In this document: positions 39,820 to 53,197 of the stretch, piece by piece
Position numbering within the stretch: the first letter of the stretch is position 1
Layout: each line of letters starts with the position of its first letter
Assembly (NCBI GenBank): GCA_026770705.1
Contig: JANJGN010000002.1
Location: 12,958,001-13,022,000, forward strand
Direction of reading: 5' to 3'
DNA length: 64,000 nt
DNA from: Isurus oxyrinchus
Taxonomy: Eukaryota
Position numbers and translations under genes: made by a program
The notes under the pieces: model-generated
The model's input: only the letters and a program-made list of their open reading frames with translations
Databases searched by the model: none
What the model was told of the DNA's origin: nothing

Positions 39820-41512
39820 CCTAACCCTGCCGCTACATCTTGGTGCTCCCCAGTCATCCACAATGGAGGTGGAGGCAGCCTGCTGACTGCAACACCCTGT
39901 GATGACTTTGGCAGGTGTCCTCTGGAGGGCTGAAATTTGGACAGCCCCAGCCTGCTTTTAGGGTAATGCTATACGCCATTGGCACCCTCCTCGGCTTGTG
40001 GAGCTAGAGCTGCTGAGGTCACAGGAAAAGGGGAGTCGGATGGGCCGGACACTCTGAGTCACCTGGATGGATGGGCCCAGAGCGTCCACCTGCAGATCCT
40101 CCTCCCTATGGGTGCCCAGGGGCCCCAGGCTGACTCCTTGAGGAGCAGGGGTAGCTGCAGTGAGATCGAGCTGCCTGTCATCCCTCTCACGTACACACTG
40201 TTGGAGGTCAACTATGACATCAGCAATGGAGCTAAGCACACGCAGCAGTGCAGCAGGGAAATCTTGGACCAAGGACCCCATGGCGGCTACCACCCTACCA
40301 GTGTTGACCTCGGTGCGTTGACATGCTGGCGCTATCAGCTCAGACAAAAGGCGGACGGACCCCTCTATCGTACCTTGAAATCCAAGGAGTGCAGCGGACA
40401 TCCCTTCCTGAGGAACCCGAGCTTGCCTTTGCAGATCCAGCAACTGTGACATGACTGAGTTCAGAGGCTCATCAACTGACCTGGACTCAGCACATTTCTG
40501 GCCTTCAGCAGTCCTTCGAGTGCCGCACACCAGGTAAGTCCCTGCTGCCGCCTGCAGTGGATCAGACAGTGCGATGTGCTCACCAGATTGTGATCCAGGA
40601 GCTACTCTAAAGCTAGGTCCCACCGAGGTGTGCTTCTCTGTGCTGGTGGAGGGTGAGGGTGAACGCTTTGACAGGACTTCAGAGAGGATGCCTCCAGATT
40701 CCTCTTCAGAGGTTTCTCTGGGGCTTGATTCGAGGCCCTTGGGCATGGACTCTATCAGCTGTTTGACAGATGTACCTGCAAAAGCAAGGAGAGATAATTA
40801 GTGCATGTGAAAGAGGACACATCACTCACAGCATGGTTGTCTGATGGAAGTTGCACTGTTGGATCCCCACTTGGTAGAGTAGCGCCAACCTCACCGTTAG
40901 CACAGGACCAGTCCAGATCCTCGCTGGCCAGCTGGATGGTTCTGTTTTCAAAGTCCGTGAGGATCTTGATTTCGGGCATTCCACCACCAGTCTGCGACCT
41001 GTCTCTCTTGTTGTGTGCTAGCTTATCCTGCATGGATAGAGATAGAGAAAGTGTAAGCAGGACACCTGCCAGGCCAGATGATAAATGTGCCTGCCCTTTG
41101 CAGGTAGTGAGTGGTCCCCATGGACGGGATGAGGATAATAACAGTAAGTATGAGAGAGTGAATGGTGATGTACCTTAAACTGGCAGTGAGTGAGGGCCCT
41201 GTGGATATGCGCTGGGTTTGAGTGTGTGCATTGAGAGTGATGCAAAGAGTGACTTACCCTGGCAGAATGGAGATCATCATTCAACCTCCTGCGGCACTGG
41301 GTGACTGTCCTCTTCTGACGGGTATTGGTGCTGACCACCGCTGCCACCGCCTCCCAAGCCGGATTGGTCACATTGCTAACCATCCTGCAGCCAGAGCAGA
41401 GGTACAGGTACAGGTCTCCGTGGCATCCAGCAGTCTCTCGAGGGGCCCGTCATTAATTCCGGGGGTGGGGGCCGGGGGGGGTGGCTGCAGTCTTCTTGCC
41501 TTTGAGAGCCAT
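39820..41512 (-). pseudogene. Harbinger Myb/SANT-like gene (three exons, decayed)
   Basis: AWEAVAAVVSTNTRQKRTVTQCRRRLNDDL|gtaagt; KLAHNKRDRSQTGGG; acidic/coiled third exon. Confidence 0.75.
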
Positions 41513-43317
41513 GCCTCCTGGGCAGAAGCGGTGAGCTGGAAGCAATGAGCACTATGCTTGTGGCTGGCCTTAAAACACGGCGCCCGGCATGATGAAACTG
41601 CAGGGTGATGGCGGGCAGGCGAATGAGGACCTTAACCGCATGGAAACGGAGTGTTTCCCGGGAGTGCATAAATAATTAGGTGGGCTCAGGACGATACGGC
41701 GTGAAAACCCGCTATTGCCTTCAGCAGGCAGCACGCCATTTTACCCAGCCGCTACCGCACTTGGTGCAAATTTGGGAAAACTTTGCCCAACATTTTGAGT
41801 CCATATGACTCTTCAACAGACTTTTATGCTATTGCTTTTTTGTTATGCAATCTCTTCCATTCATTTTATAAATACCATCGCCTTCTCTCTTGTTCTATCT
41901 TTTCCACTCATATCTTCTGTGACACTGCTCATTGTAAGTGGAAGGTTATGCTGTGACAATTAATTTTGCTGGTATGTGGAAGTCGGAAGGGCAATTTTAA
42001 ATGAAGTTTGTAAGGGATCTTCTTGGAGACAGAGTAGCAAGTCTTTTGGATTTGTTTCTGGAAAATAAATACGACTGAATAGTTTGGCTTTGGTACATAC
42101 GTTTAAATCTAAGATCTTTATTTTGAACTTGTTTCTGCTATTTATATTCATCATCTATTTTGATGGCTGTTTTTGAGTATGGAGATGAGCATAAATGAAA
42201 TAAATGCAGGTGGTGTAACCATTTAGCATAATTTACAAAGAGGAAAGATTAAACAATTCCATGATGCAAGTTCAAATTTTCATGATGTCTCACATACAAC
42301 ATACTGTATTTGTTACTTAAGCAACTCTTTGAATTAAGTATTTTGCATTGTTTAGTAAGTCAAAAAGGTTAATTCCTGCTTTACTTTGTTTTGGTATTAA
42401 ATTTAAAGAAACAAATTCTGGTTACTTTTGCTGCTTGACACATAGATTTCCCTGGGAATTTCTCAGTAATGTTCCATGGATATACAAGTGTGCAGCAGAA
42501 CGAAGCCTATAAACAGCAAGTCCTGGCATGCTCCATGAATACTCTGTCTTGCTGTCAATCGCAAATATTTCTTGAGTTGCAGACACAGAGACAGGCCTGC
42601 AATTTTATCCAATCTCCTTATCCCAGCATTTGGAAATATCATGAACTCTAGTTTTAGATTTCTTCGACGCACAAACCTCTGATACTGTTTGACACATTTC
42701 AAAATACTAAACTTGTTAATGTACTGGTAATTTCAACAATTTTGGAAATTATAATGCATATTAATGAATTTATAATGTCACAATTTGTCATTTCCAGTTA
42801 TATGTTTCTATAAGTCAGAGCCCAAGTGGTTTCTGGAGCAAGTTCATTGGTTCTTTCATTTTCTGGTGATTGATTATTTTCATGCACCCTTACTAGTTTT
42901 TCATTGGGAATTTATTTATATACTATACCTAACTTTGATTGACACACTCCCCATCTGTTTCATTGTGATTTGTTGCAATTTTATAAATATGAAATTTCAG
43001 CTGAATTAGTAACAAGGCTAATACGTACTTTACATATAAGGTGTGATGGCTGAGGTGTGATATTTGAAATGTAAGAGGCAGATTATTGGATAGACATACA
43101 TAGACAGATAAATAGAAGAATACAAGGAAAATCCAGGTTAAGTTGAAAATTGAAAACAAATTTGATATAGCATTTTGCACATACAAATGCATCTGTATTT
43201 GCAGGAGGAAAACCTATATTAACTGAATTAGCATTACTCCATCAAACATCTGAAAACTTTTTACCATCTTTTCTACAATATTTTAGGAATTTTACTCAAA
43301 TATATCACTCCTCCTAC

Positions 43318-43388
43318 CTGTCCATTAGCAGATCCAGTAATAAACTGATTAGCTCTGTTGTCCATGCACAAGCTTAAAAGAGGGGAAC
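43318..43388 (-). CDS. WDR27: WDR27 coding exon 6
   Basis: tag|GSPLLSLCMDNRANQFITGSANGQ|gtagga; 71 bp, phase 1 to 0. Confidence 0.9.
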
Positions 43389-43521
43389 CTAGATAAAAAT
43401 GAAATACTCAGACTTTATATCAAGATTTATACCTCAGGCATACAGCTTAGAAATGATTATAATTGAAACAATCCACACACCTTCACTGAAGAAAGATTTA
43501 GTAAGACTAATGCAAACTTAC

Positions 43522-43573
43522 CTGATAAGACCGCCGACTGATACAGCAATGCATTACTAGTGAGATCCCAAAC
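43522..43573 (-). CDS. WDR27: WDR27 coding exon 5
   Basis: ag|VWDLTSNALLYQSAVLS|gtaagt; 52 bp, phase 0 to 1. Confidence 0.9.
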
Positions 43574-43704
43574 CTTATATAAAAAAAGAGAAATGTGATT
43601 GCTACAGAATAATGTTTGTTATCCTACACGGCAATGTACTACAAATTTCAAAGTCAAGGAGACATTACTTTTTAAAGGATAAGTGCCTTATAAGTCAGCT
43701 TTCA

Positions 43705-44035
43705 AAGGTCTTCAATTTTACACCTCATACTTCATGTACCATGCCCTAAGAGGTCATTGACGACCATGGACTTCCATTGGATTGGTCCATGATTATGCTT
43801 AGCAAAGTACTTTAGTAGTTTGCCATTGCCTTCTGCAATAAGGCTGACCAGGAAACTCTCCTGCTCTTTACCACCTGCAATCAAGCATACTGGAAGGACT
43901 TACAGGTTGATAAGCAACCTGTTTGGCCACATTATGAATGCACCTTCTGTGGTCATTAAATCTTGAAGTGGGGACTTGAACCCAGAGCTTCTGGCCCAGA
44001 GGTAGGGATACTACTCCTGCGCCACAAGACCACCT
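43705..44035 (-). mobile_element. tRNA-derived SINE
   Basis: Minus-strand head with A/B-box-like tggcgcagg..gggttcaagtcc; body shared with 51535-51750. Confidence 0.7.
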
Positions 44036-44992
44036 ATAGATTTTACACCTTTATTCCTAACTCATTAGTGCTCCAAACCCTGTGCAACTCTAGCAGGGCA
44101 ATGATGATGTACTATTTTTGTCCTCAAGCCTCGTCATCCTAATTTAGGCACATTGTAGGTACCAAACACCACAGCACTACTCATCTGTCAAGGCCTAATT
44201 AATTTCAGCCAGTGCCAAGACTCACAGTTAATCTAGGTGGGCCAGTGTGGCAGGGGTGGGTTGTGGGGCTGGCAGCTGTCTGCAGTTCAATCTTGGGACC
44301 TTGTTATTGTTTAATAACGAATTACACACCCAAGCTGAGCTGAAGCTATAAGGGAAGATTGCTCTTGTTGCTGTGTGCAGGCACATTTATAAACATGTTC
44401 TTTCTGAATGCATTTAGAATTCCACTGCATGCTACAGTTAGAGCTGCTCTTCCTCAAATATTTCTTCAACTCCCCTTCAGAAAAGTGCCTCTTACTACAC
44501 ATTACAAGGCTGAATGAAATTGTCATTTGGCTGAATTATGAGCAGTTTTGCAACGTGGATCTGCACCAACTACAAACTGGTTAGTGAATCCCCAAAGTAA
44601 TTCCAAGTAGCAATGCTAAAAGCAGTTCCAAATAGCAGCATAAACAGAAAGCAGATATGCCATGAAAGGCAGAAGCAACTATCTTTTCTGGCCCCTGGGA
44701 TATTGAGCAGCTCTTGGAACCGTTCTAGTGAAGTGTTTTGTGCTCAAAGTACTCGTCCAGCAATTGGGGAAAATATGGATCTTTAACTGTGGCTTAAGAA
44801 CTATGCATGCAAGCTTGCATGAGTTTGTGCCGTTCTGCTGCATTATGTAAACAAAAGCAATTTCTAAAACAATCAAGGTTTGAACTGGTGCTTCAGAATT
44901 GCTTCCTAAATTGACTCCATATGTCACTGGTAACTGATCGTAGAGTTGATTTGATAAATAGGTTGCGCTAGCCCTCTTTTCGATATAAAAAT

Positions 44993-45410
44993 CCACTGGA
45001 GTTTAGAAGAGTGAGGGTGACTTGATTGAAGTATATAAAATCCTGAACAGTCTTGACAAGGTGAACGTGGAAAGGATGTTTTCTCTTGTGGGTGAGTCCA
45101 GAACTAGGGGGCACTGTTTTAAAATTAGGGGTTTCCCTTTTAGAACAGAGATAAGGAGAAACTTTCTCTCTGAGGGTTGTTCAACTTTGGAACTCTGCCT
45201 CAGAAGGTGGTGGAGATGGAGTCACAGTATTTTTATGGCAGAGGTAGATAGATTCTTGTTAGGCAAGGGAAATCAAAGGTTATTGGGGGAAGATGGGGAT
45301 GTGGGATTCAAAACACTAACAGTTCAGCGATGATCTTATTGAATGGCAGAGCAGGCTCAAGGGGTCGAATGGCCTACTTCTGCTCCTATTTCGTATGCTT
45401 GTATATTCGT
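44993..45410 (+). mobile_element. CR1-type LINE 3' fragment
   Basis: IEVYKILNSLDKVNVERMFSLVGESRTRGH plus tail; homologous to 130-545. Confidence 0.8.
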
Positions 45411-46462
45411 AAAAACAAGGAAGTGATGTTGAATCCTGTAGATGACCATGACAGGAGTAGTGTGTGAACTCCTGAATGCCCCATTATATGAAGGATATTG
45501 GAAGCATGTAAATGGTACAGCAACAATGATCTCAGGAAGGGCTTAAAAAAATATTTTTTGACTGGATAGTGAAGATTAGGGGGAGAATCTAATGGCAGTT
45601 TTCAACTAAAGGGTTCAAGGAAGTTGTAACAGACCGGTTGGTGAATGGGCATAGGGGAAGAAATTTAACTTGTACCCGAGTCAAGATGTATGTCCACGGT
45701 GCAATTTCTCCACAGTCAAGACAAATTCGATCTCAGATCTCACTAGATTGGAACTACATGAACTGTAGGTGCTAAAAGATTGACCTGAGGCAGTCCGCTG
45801 GGTTGGAGCCCTGACAATTTTGTGTGGGTCTGATGTTGAATCAGTCCAGTGGAGTTTGGCTGCCAGCTGCAGCACCCAGTCTTTTTGTGGAGACAGGAAG
45901 AGCACTCCTGCTCCTTCTATAACTTTCATACCATCATAGGCAGATACAGTATAGAGGTGTCTATGTCTTTCTGAATGAGTTATCCAGTTAATCCCACTCC
46001 CCTGCTATTTCCCCATAACCTTGCAAATTTCTCCTTTTCAAGTATTTTTAAAAATTTATTCTTCCACAGGATTTGGGAGTTGCTGGCTAGGTCAGCATTT
46101 GTTTCCCATCCTGAATCACCCTTGAGATGGTGGTGATAAGCAGTTTTCTTGAATCACTGCTATCCATGTGCATCCATTGAGCTGTTAGGAAGGGAAATAT
46201 ACAATTCTCTTTTGAAAGTTGCGATTAAATCTGTTTTCACCATCCTTTTCAGGTAGTGCAATCTGCTTCCAACACCCTTTCTAGATCAGAACAACTCACT
46301 TTGTAAAAAAACTATTCATCTCCTTCATATATTAAATGCGTCCTAGTTACCAACCCACCTGTCAATGGAAACAGTTCCTCCATAGGTATTCCATCAAAAC
46401 TACTTGAAAAAGGGTTTATTGACTGGCCTCCAAAGGCCCCTTCAAGGCAGCTCAAGACCTGG

Positions 46463-47354
46463 TGTTACGCACCAAGATGGAGGAGTGTGCAGTTAATTCC
46501 AGTCCCACTTCTCCACAGGCCGTAACTCGAGTTTAAGTGTTTAATTCACCCACAAAACTGGCCAATCATTACTCTTATTCCCAGTACAAAAGGACTCCAA
46601 CCAGGCTTCAGTAAACACAAAAAATTTATTATAAAACAAACTACTTTTTAAAAACAAGTCAATAAACTGATTAACAAACAGGTTGTACTTTAGAAGTGGA
46701 ACGATTTTCCCCTTTTAAAAAGAGATATTCAAACCCCATACACTCACACACAAATACAACACAGGATAAAACAAACACAGATTCCCTGCAGCGGTTGGAG
46801 GATGGGAAAGTTTCTTTTAAAAGGATAAAATTCGAAGAGATCTCAACACTGTTGATCTAACAGAATTCTGGTCACAATAGGTCTGGAAGTTCCTTTAGAT
46901 GGATTTTTTGGTGAAACTGTCCTAGGTGAATCTTATTTACTACAACTTTGCAGACTTTTTGAAAAGACAGATAAGTTATCCTGATGAAACATTTCTGATG
47001 GAACGTTTAATATAAAGGTGCGGCAGAGAGACAGAAAGAGAGATTGTTTTCCTTGCAACTTGTTTCTAGGGCACCAACTCTGAGAGTTTTCAAAAACTCA
47101 GGTGTTCATAACCAATGAGCAGGAGTCTTTAGCCTGGCAACAGCAGTTCTTTGTTAACTTAGATATACAAAGTATCTCTTTCCTCTCCAGACGTTCTAAG
47201 CCGGGCATCTATCTTGACCCGTGGTTTCTTAAAGAACAGCGCATTCACAGCTCAAATTAATATTGCAATTAATTAATATTGCAAACTTTTAAAAATAACT
47301 CAGAATGTCCAAAATTCAATGCCCTTCAATTTTTCTAAAAATGGGTTCCTCACA
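46463..47354. mobile_element. Solo LTR, second family
   Basis: TG...CA ends flanked by CTGG/CTAG (4-bp TSD, one mismatch); no ORF. Confidence 0.55.
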
Positions 47355-47689
47355 CTAGTGCAATTAGGAGGTGCTGTCACAATGTACACTTCTGCATTTC
47401 AATTTTGCATCAGGGTCTTACAACCAGAATGCTCATTTACAAGCCTGCCTAAAAATGGCATTAGATAGACATTGGCAATCAATGGGACAGCCAATAACTT
47501 TAGAGTCTTGGTCACCAACTTTTCAGAGACTGAACGGATGGTTGAGTTGAATTTTTACCCCATCGACTCAGTGCAATGGGGTGGTATGTAGAAGTTTCCT
47601 CACACAGAGAGTTCTTAAGATCTGGAATGCCCAACCAATGAAGAATGCAGGAGGGCATGCCAGGAGCAGCACCAGCACACCTAAAAATG

Positions 47690-49360
47690 TGGTGTCAACC
47701 TGCTGAAGCTGCAACACAGGACTACTTGCGTACCAAACAGCATAAGCAGTAAGCAATAGACAGAGCTGATCGATTCAACAACCAATGGATCAGATCTAAG
47801 CTCTGCAGTTCTGCCACATCAGTCATGAATGGTGATGGACAATTAAACAACTCAGTGGAGGAGGCAGCTCCACAAATATTAACATCCTCAATGATGGAGG
47901 AGCCCAGCACATCAGTGCAAAAGATAAGGCTGAAGTATTTGCAACAATCTTCAGCCAGAAGGGCCAAAAAGATAAGGCATCTTGGCTTCCTCCGGAGGTG
48001 ATCAGCATCACAGTTGCCAGTCTTCAGCCAACTTAATTCATTCCACGTGATATCAAGAAACAGCTGAAGGCACTAAATATTGCAAAGGCTGTGGGCCCTG
48101 ACAATATTCCAGCAATAGTGCTGAAGAACTGTGCTTGAGAGTTGCCGTGCCCCTAGCCAAGCTGTTTTAGTACAGCTACAATGTTGGCATCCACCTGGCA
48201 ATGTGGTAAATTGCCCAGGTATATCCTGTCCACAAAAGGCAGGGCAATTCCAACCCAGCCAGTTACCGCCCAAAGAGTCTACTCTCGATCATCAGTAAAG
48301 TGATGGAAGGGGTCATCAACGGTACTATCAAGCAGCACTTACTTAGCAATAAGCCAGGGCCATTCAGCTCCTGACCTCATTACAGCCTTGGTTCAAAAAT
48401 GGACAAAAGAGCTGAACTCCAGAGGTGAGGTGAGAATGACTGCCCTTGACATCAAGGCAGCATGTGACCAACTGTGGCATCAAGGAACCCTAGTAAAGCT
48501 GGAGTCAATGGGAATCAGGGAGAATCAGTTGGAGCCATACAAAGTGCAAAGGAAGATGGTTGTGGTTGTTGGAGGTCAAACATCTCATTTCCAGGCCATC
48601 ACTGCAGGAGTTCCTCAGGGTAGTATCCTAGGCCCAGTCATCTTCAGCTGCTTCATCAATGATCTTCCTTCCATCACAAGATCAAAAGTGGGGATGTTCA
48701 CTGACAATTCCACAATGTTCAGCATCATTTGCGACTCCTCAGATACCAAAACAGTCCCATGTCCAAACATAGCAAGATCTGGACAACGTGCAGCAAGAAC
48801 TGGATAAATGTAGCAAAGCCTGTCCACCATCCACAAGGCACAAGTCAGGAGCGTGACAGAATACTCCTCACTTGCCTGGATGAATGCAGCTCCAGCAAAA
48901 CTCAAGAAGCTTGACACCATCCAGGACAAAGCAACCTACTTGACTGGCACCACATCCACAAACATTCACTTCCTCCACCATTGATGCATAGTGGCAGCAG
49001 TGTGTACCATCTACAAGATGCACTGCAGGAACTCACCAAGGATCCCTAGACATCACCTTCCAAACCCACAACCACTACCATCTGGAAGGACAAGGGCAGC
49101 AGACACATGGGAAGCTCCCCACCACCTGGAAGCTCCTCTCCAAGCCATTCACCGTCCTGATTTGGAAATATATCCAAGTTCCTTCGCTGTCATTGGGTCA
49201 AAATCCTGGAACTCCCTCCCTAACAGCACTGTGGGTGTACCTAAACCACATGGACTGCAGTGGTTCAAGAAGGCAGCTCACCACCGCCTTCTCAAGGGCA
49301 ATTAGGAATAGGCAATAATTGCTGGTTTAGCCGGCGATGTCCACAATCCATAAGTGAAAA
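47690..49360 (+). mobile_element. CR1-type LINE, RT region to 3' tail with internal deletions
   Basis: AVGPDNIP, ALDIKAACD, GVPQGSILGPVIFSCFINDL, FTDN; tail at ~49300. Confidence 0.88.
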
Positions 49361-49758
49361 AAAGTGGTTAGTGCAGCAGAGATTACAGCATAATTTAACT
49401 AGGATTAGGAAATAAATGAAAATGAGACAGAGAAAGGCAATGTGATTCAAGTAGACAGGGGCAGTTAAGGAGATTGGAAAATGTAATTTCTATGAAGTCC
49501 TGGTTTGAATTTAGTAATAATAGAAGAGATGGTCGATCTGTGAAATGAATGACTCATTTCTGGAGGCTGGAAGATGTACTCCAACAAAGCAGTTAATACT
49601 GTGACAAATGGCTGCTAGACCAATGGACAAGTCATTGGTTTGAGAAGAAAACTGGAGGTGTTGGGATGCATTCTGATTGAGAACATCAAGGTTGTAAGAA
49701 TTGTAAATTGAGATAATTTTATAGAACAAAAACAACTTCAGTTATAAAAAACATTTTA

Positions 49759-49890
<132 letters not shown>

Positions 49891-50754
49891 CTAACAGAGT
49901 ATTAAACATCGATATATAAATAGGTCATTTTACAAGAGTATGAATTTCTCTTTTTAACATAGTATTGGTCCATCACTTGATTATTAACGTTAGAAAGTTA
50001 CAGGTTTATTCATCACTAAACATCCATTAAGAAAAAGATGATGGTTAATTTAATTCAGGACACCGATTTAGGGAAAATGGCAAAAGAACCAAAGGCAACA
50101 TGAGGAAAACCTCTTTTGACGCAGCGAGTGGTTAGGATTTGCACTGCCTGAGAGTGTGGAAGAGGCATGTTCAATCATGGCTTTCAAAAAAGAATTGCAT
50201 AATTATCTGAAGAGAAAACTTTTGATGGGCTACAGGGAAGAAGCGGGAGAATGGGACTAGCTCTTGCAGAGAGCTGGCACAATAGGATGAATGGTCTCCT
50301 TCTGAAACCATTCTTTGATTCTAAGATTGGAGCACGCAGTAATCAAGGATGGATGATGCGGTATTCTTAAACTTTGTCTTCTCTCCACTTTGCAGACTAA
50401 TCACCCCATTCCCTCTTGCAAGACCTTCCCAAACCCCCCTACTTAGAACTTATCTGCTTATTGGCAAGCCTCCCTTTTATGGCAGCCAGCGGTCTATGAT
50501 TGTCTAAACCGCTTTTCCCACGTGGCAGGCAGCTGCCACTTTCCATTTGTTTCAGGAAAGCAGCAGACCAGCAACATGCAGATGAGGCCCAGCAGTTAAA
50601 ATATCCTGGACCTTAAATACAGGCCTGCAAGCGCGCTTTGCATTCATCACCTTCCCACCCTGAACCACACTGGGGGTTAAAACTGACTCCAATAATTCAG
50701 CATCAATAAGTTCTAAAATAAGGTAAACGATTATTATATTGTTTTTGAACTTAC

Positions 50755-50879
50755 CTTACTGTTCAACACATAGATTTTGTCATCTGCACAAGTGGCCAGT
50801 GTCTGGTCATCTGGACTGAAGCATATATATAACACCTTTCCTAGGAGAGTTCCTACAACAGTTCCTCTTGGGACAAAGC
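50755..50879 (-). CDS. WDR27: WDR27 coding exon 3
   Basis: GFVPRGTVVGTLLGKVLYICFSPDDQTLATCADDKIYVLNSK; AG/GT boundaries; 125 bp, phase 1 to 0. Confidence 0.93.
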
Positions 50880-51534
50880 CTGTAAGCATCAAGTTAAAAA
50901 TACAACCACACCCACACAAATATATACAAACAAAAAGCCAAGGTATTCATACAGACTAGTATTTCTTTTTACACTCTGAACACAATAGCAGAAGGTGTCT
51001 GACAAGGTGCCACACAGGAGATAACAGTATTAGAAAAGATTAAGGGGCAGGTTAGCAGATTGGATCAAAAACTAGATGAAGAGAAGGAAACAGGAAATAA
51101 AGGCTGAGAGCAATTTCTTAAGAGCAGTTGGAACTGTTCCAACATGGTTCTGTTCTGGACCCCTTTTGTAATGTGTAGATCAATGATTTGCATATAGAAC
51201 TAGAGGACATGGTGTGCATAAATAGAAAGCATAGTAAATCATTCTTAGGACCATAGCAAGCTGCAATGGGATGTTGATAGGTGGTTGAATGGACAAAATG
51301 ATGGCAGATGGAATTTAATATCATTAAATTTTGTCACTGCATGTTGTAACATCTTATGATCAGATGATTTCTTCTGTTCTAAATTTGATCAAAAGGTATG
51401 TGAATTTGATTTCACTAGAAATACCAACAAGAGGAAATCTCCCTGGATTTATTCATAATGTTGTTACACATAAGGAGTCATTTTGTCTTTGAGTGTTAGT
51501 GTAAAACAGGCAATAGTAAACTATTTACTCCTCC

Positions 51535-51750
51535 TCTTTCAAGTACTATGCTCTAAGATGGCATTGGTGATTATGGACTTCCATTGGATTGGTCCATGAT
51601 TATGCTTGGCAAAGTACTGCAGTGGTTCGCTGTTGCCTTCTGCAGTATGGCTGACCAGGGAACTCTCTCGCTCTTACAGCCTGCCATCAGGTGTATTAGC
51701 AATATTTACAGGCTGATAAACAACCGGTTTGGCCACATTATGAACATACC
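51535..51750 (-). mobile_element. SINE body, 5'-truncated
   Basis: atggacttccattggattggtccatgattatgctt shared with ~43765. Confidence 0.65.
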
Positions 51751-52188
51751 TTAAATAGCTATGACTACAATGGAGATTAAATCGAGAGATGTTAACCGGG
51801 CTGCTGATTCACCATTACCCATTTTACTCCATTGCACAGTCAACCCCACCCTCCACCACCCCAAATTTTGTCTGGACAAAATCATCCCCACTGATTTTTT
51901 TTTATTTTACACAATTGTCTTCAACAATTCAAACTACTTAAATTGCCAACAGTATGATCTGAGTTCACTGTACTACACCATCCAAGCATAAATAGCTTTT
52001 CTCTCCATCTGGATTTCATAGTAAAAGAACTATATCTTTTTCACAGTGCACATAAAGAATAAGTGTTCATCCTCAGTGCTTTAATCTTACCCAGTAATGA
52101 TTTTATAAAATAAAGCAGAGAGGAATTGGGATATGTCAAGGAAACAAAACTATTTTTATCACTGCAAAATACTTAAAAAAATGTGTAC

Positions 52189-52330
52189 CTTCTTGTATTT
52201 TCATTTGACATGCTTCCACATCCCATATAATGATATAATCTTCAGCTGCAGAACACAGAAGTGTTGGTTCATAGTGGTTTCCAAATGTTAGTGCAGTAAT
52301 TGATTGGTGGTGGCCTTTCAATTCCAGGGT
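52189..52330 (-). CDS. WDR27: WDR27 coding exon 2
   Basis: cag|TLELKGHHQSITALTFGNHYEPTLLCSAAEDYIIIWDVEACQMKIQE|gt; WD40 GH...WD repeat; 142 bp, phase 0 to 1. Confidence 0.93.
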
Positions 52331-52937
52331 CTGTATAAAGTTCATGAAAGGACCCATGAATACCTTCATACTTCTGCAAGAATATTGACTTGAAACAGAA
52401 TGCAGAATATTCTAACTGCAGAACATATTGATTAAAATCACATTAATTAATAATTATGTAAAGTTTCTGGATTATTAATTGCTTTGGGGCATTCACTGTG
52501 TTAACTGCAAGTGTAAACGCAAGTTGTTGCTATTATAACCAGATTCCCTGCCAACTGAGGTGACCTGACAAATAAAATTGATGTATTGGTCCACGGTACT
52601 GGTCCACGGTAGTATAACAAACTGCAATGTAAAGTTTTAATTGAAGATAAATTAACGTATATAACTTTGCTGGAGATACAAATTCACACTTTTTTTACAA
52701 GATGAATGAACATACGTTGACTTTTACATGTAAATAAGGCAGTGGGAAATTTGCACATTGGTCCAGTAGCATGTTCATCCAAAAATATTAATAAAATTTA
52801 AGCTATTCAGGCCCAAAAAGAGGTGACTTAAAAAGGGGCCTAATATAGGAATTTTAAGGCAGTCACTTTGATTAAAAAAAAGATAAATAAACGGCATTGA
52901 TTCCTGCAAGTTTCAGGGTAACTACAGGGTAAGAGCA

Positions 52938-53197
52938 GCTGTAAAGAGAGACATGTTGCCAAAGCTTTACATCTTGCACTCATCAGGACAAAGGCAAGAA
53001 TGCCAAATTTCAAACAATCACAATATTTTACACCACAGGAGAAAAGGATGCTGATTGATTAGCAAGTCCTAGTCAACCAATCAGCACCCTTTTCTCTTGT
53101 AGTGTAAATTGTTGAGATTGTTTGAAATTTGACATTCCTGCATTTGTTTTGACGAGTGCAAGACGAAAAACTTCGGCAACATGTCTCTCTTTTCAGC
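52938..53197. mobile_element. Long inverted repeat of Penelope-like terminal repeats, each arm with a hammerhead motif
   Basis: Imperfect arms of ~125 bp around a short spacer at ~53065; CTGATGA..(G)TAAA on -, TTGACGA..GAAA on +. Confidence 0.7.

Larger units (their letters stand above)
36700..41788. mobile_element. Full-length PIF/Harbinger transposon, decayed
   Basis: Imperfect TIR GGGCGAAACCTTCC / GGAAAACTTTGCCC; TSD AAC at 36697-36699 and 41789-41791; convergent transposase and Myb genes; internal ~58-bp tandem repeats at 37085-37380. Confidence 0.9.

Noticed and set aside
41880-42710. Short minus-strand ORFs as a possible retro-pseudogene
   Set aside because: No recognisable motif in the frames read; a BLASTx search would be needed.
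43960-44035. tRNA gene
   Set aside because: No complete cloverleaf; it continues into a repeated SINE body.
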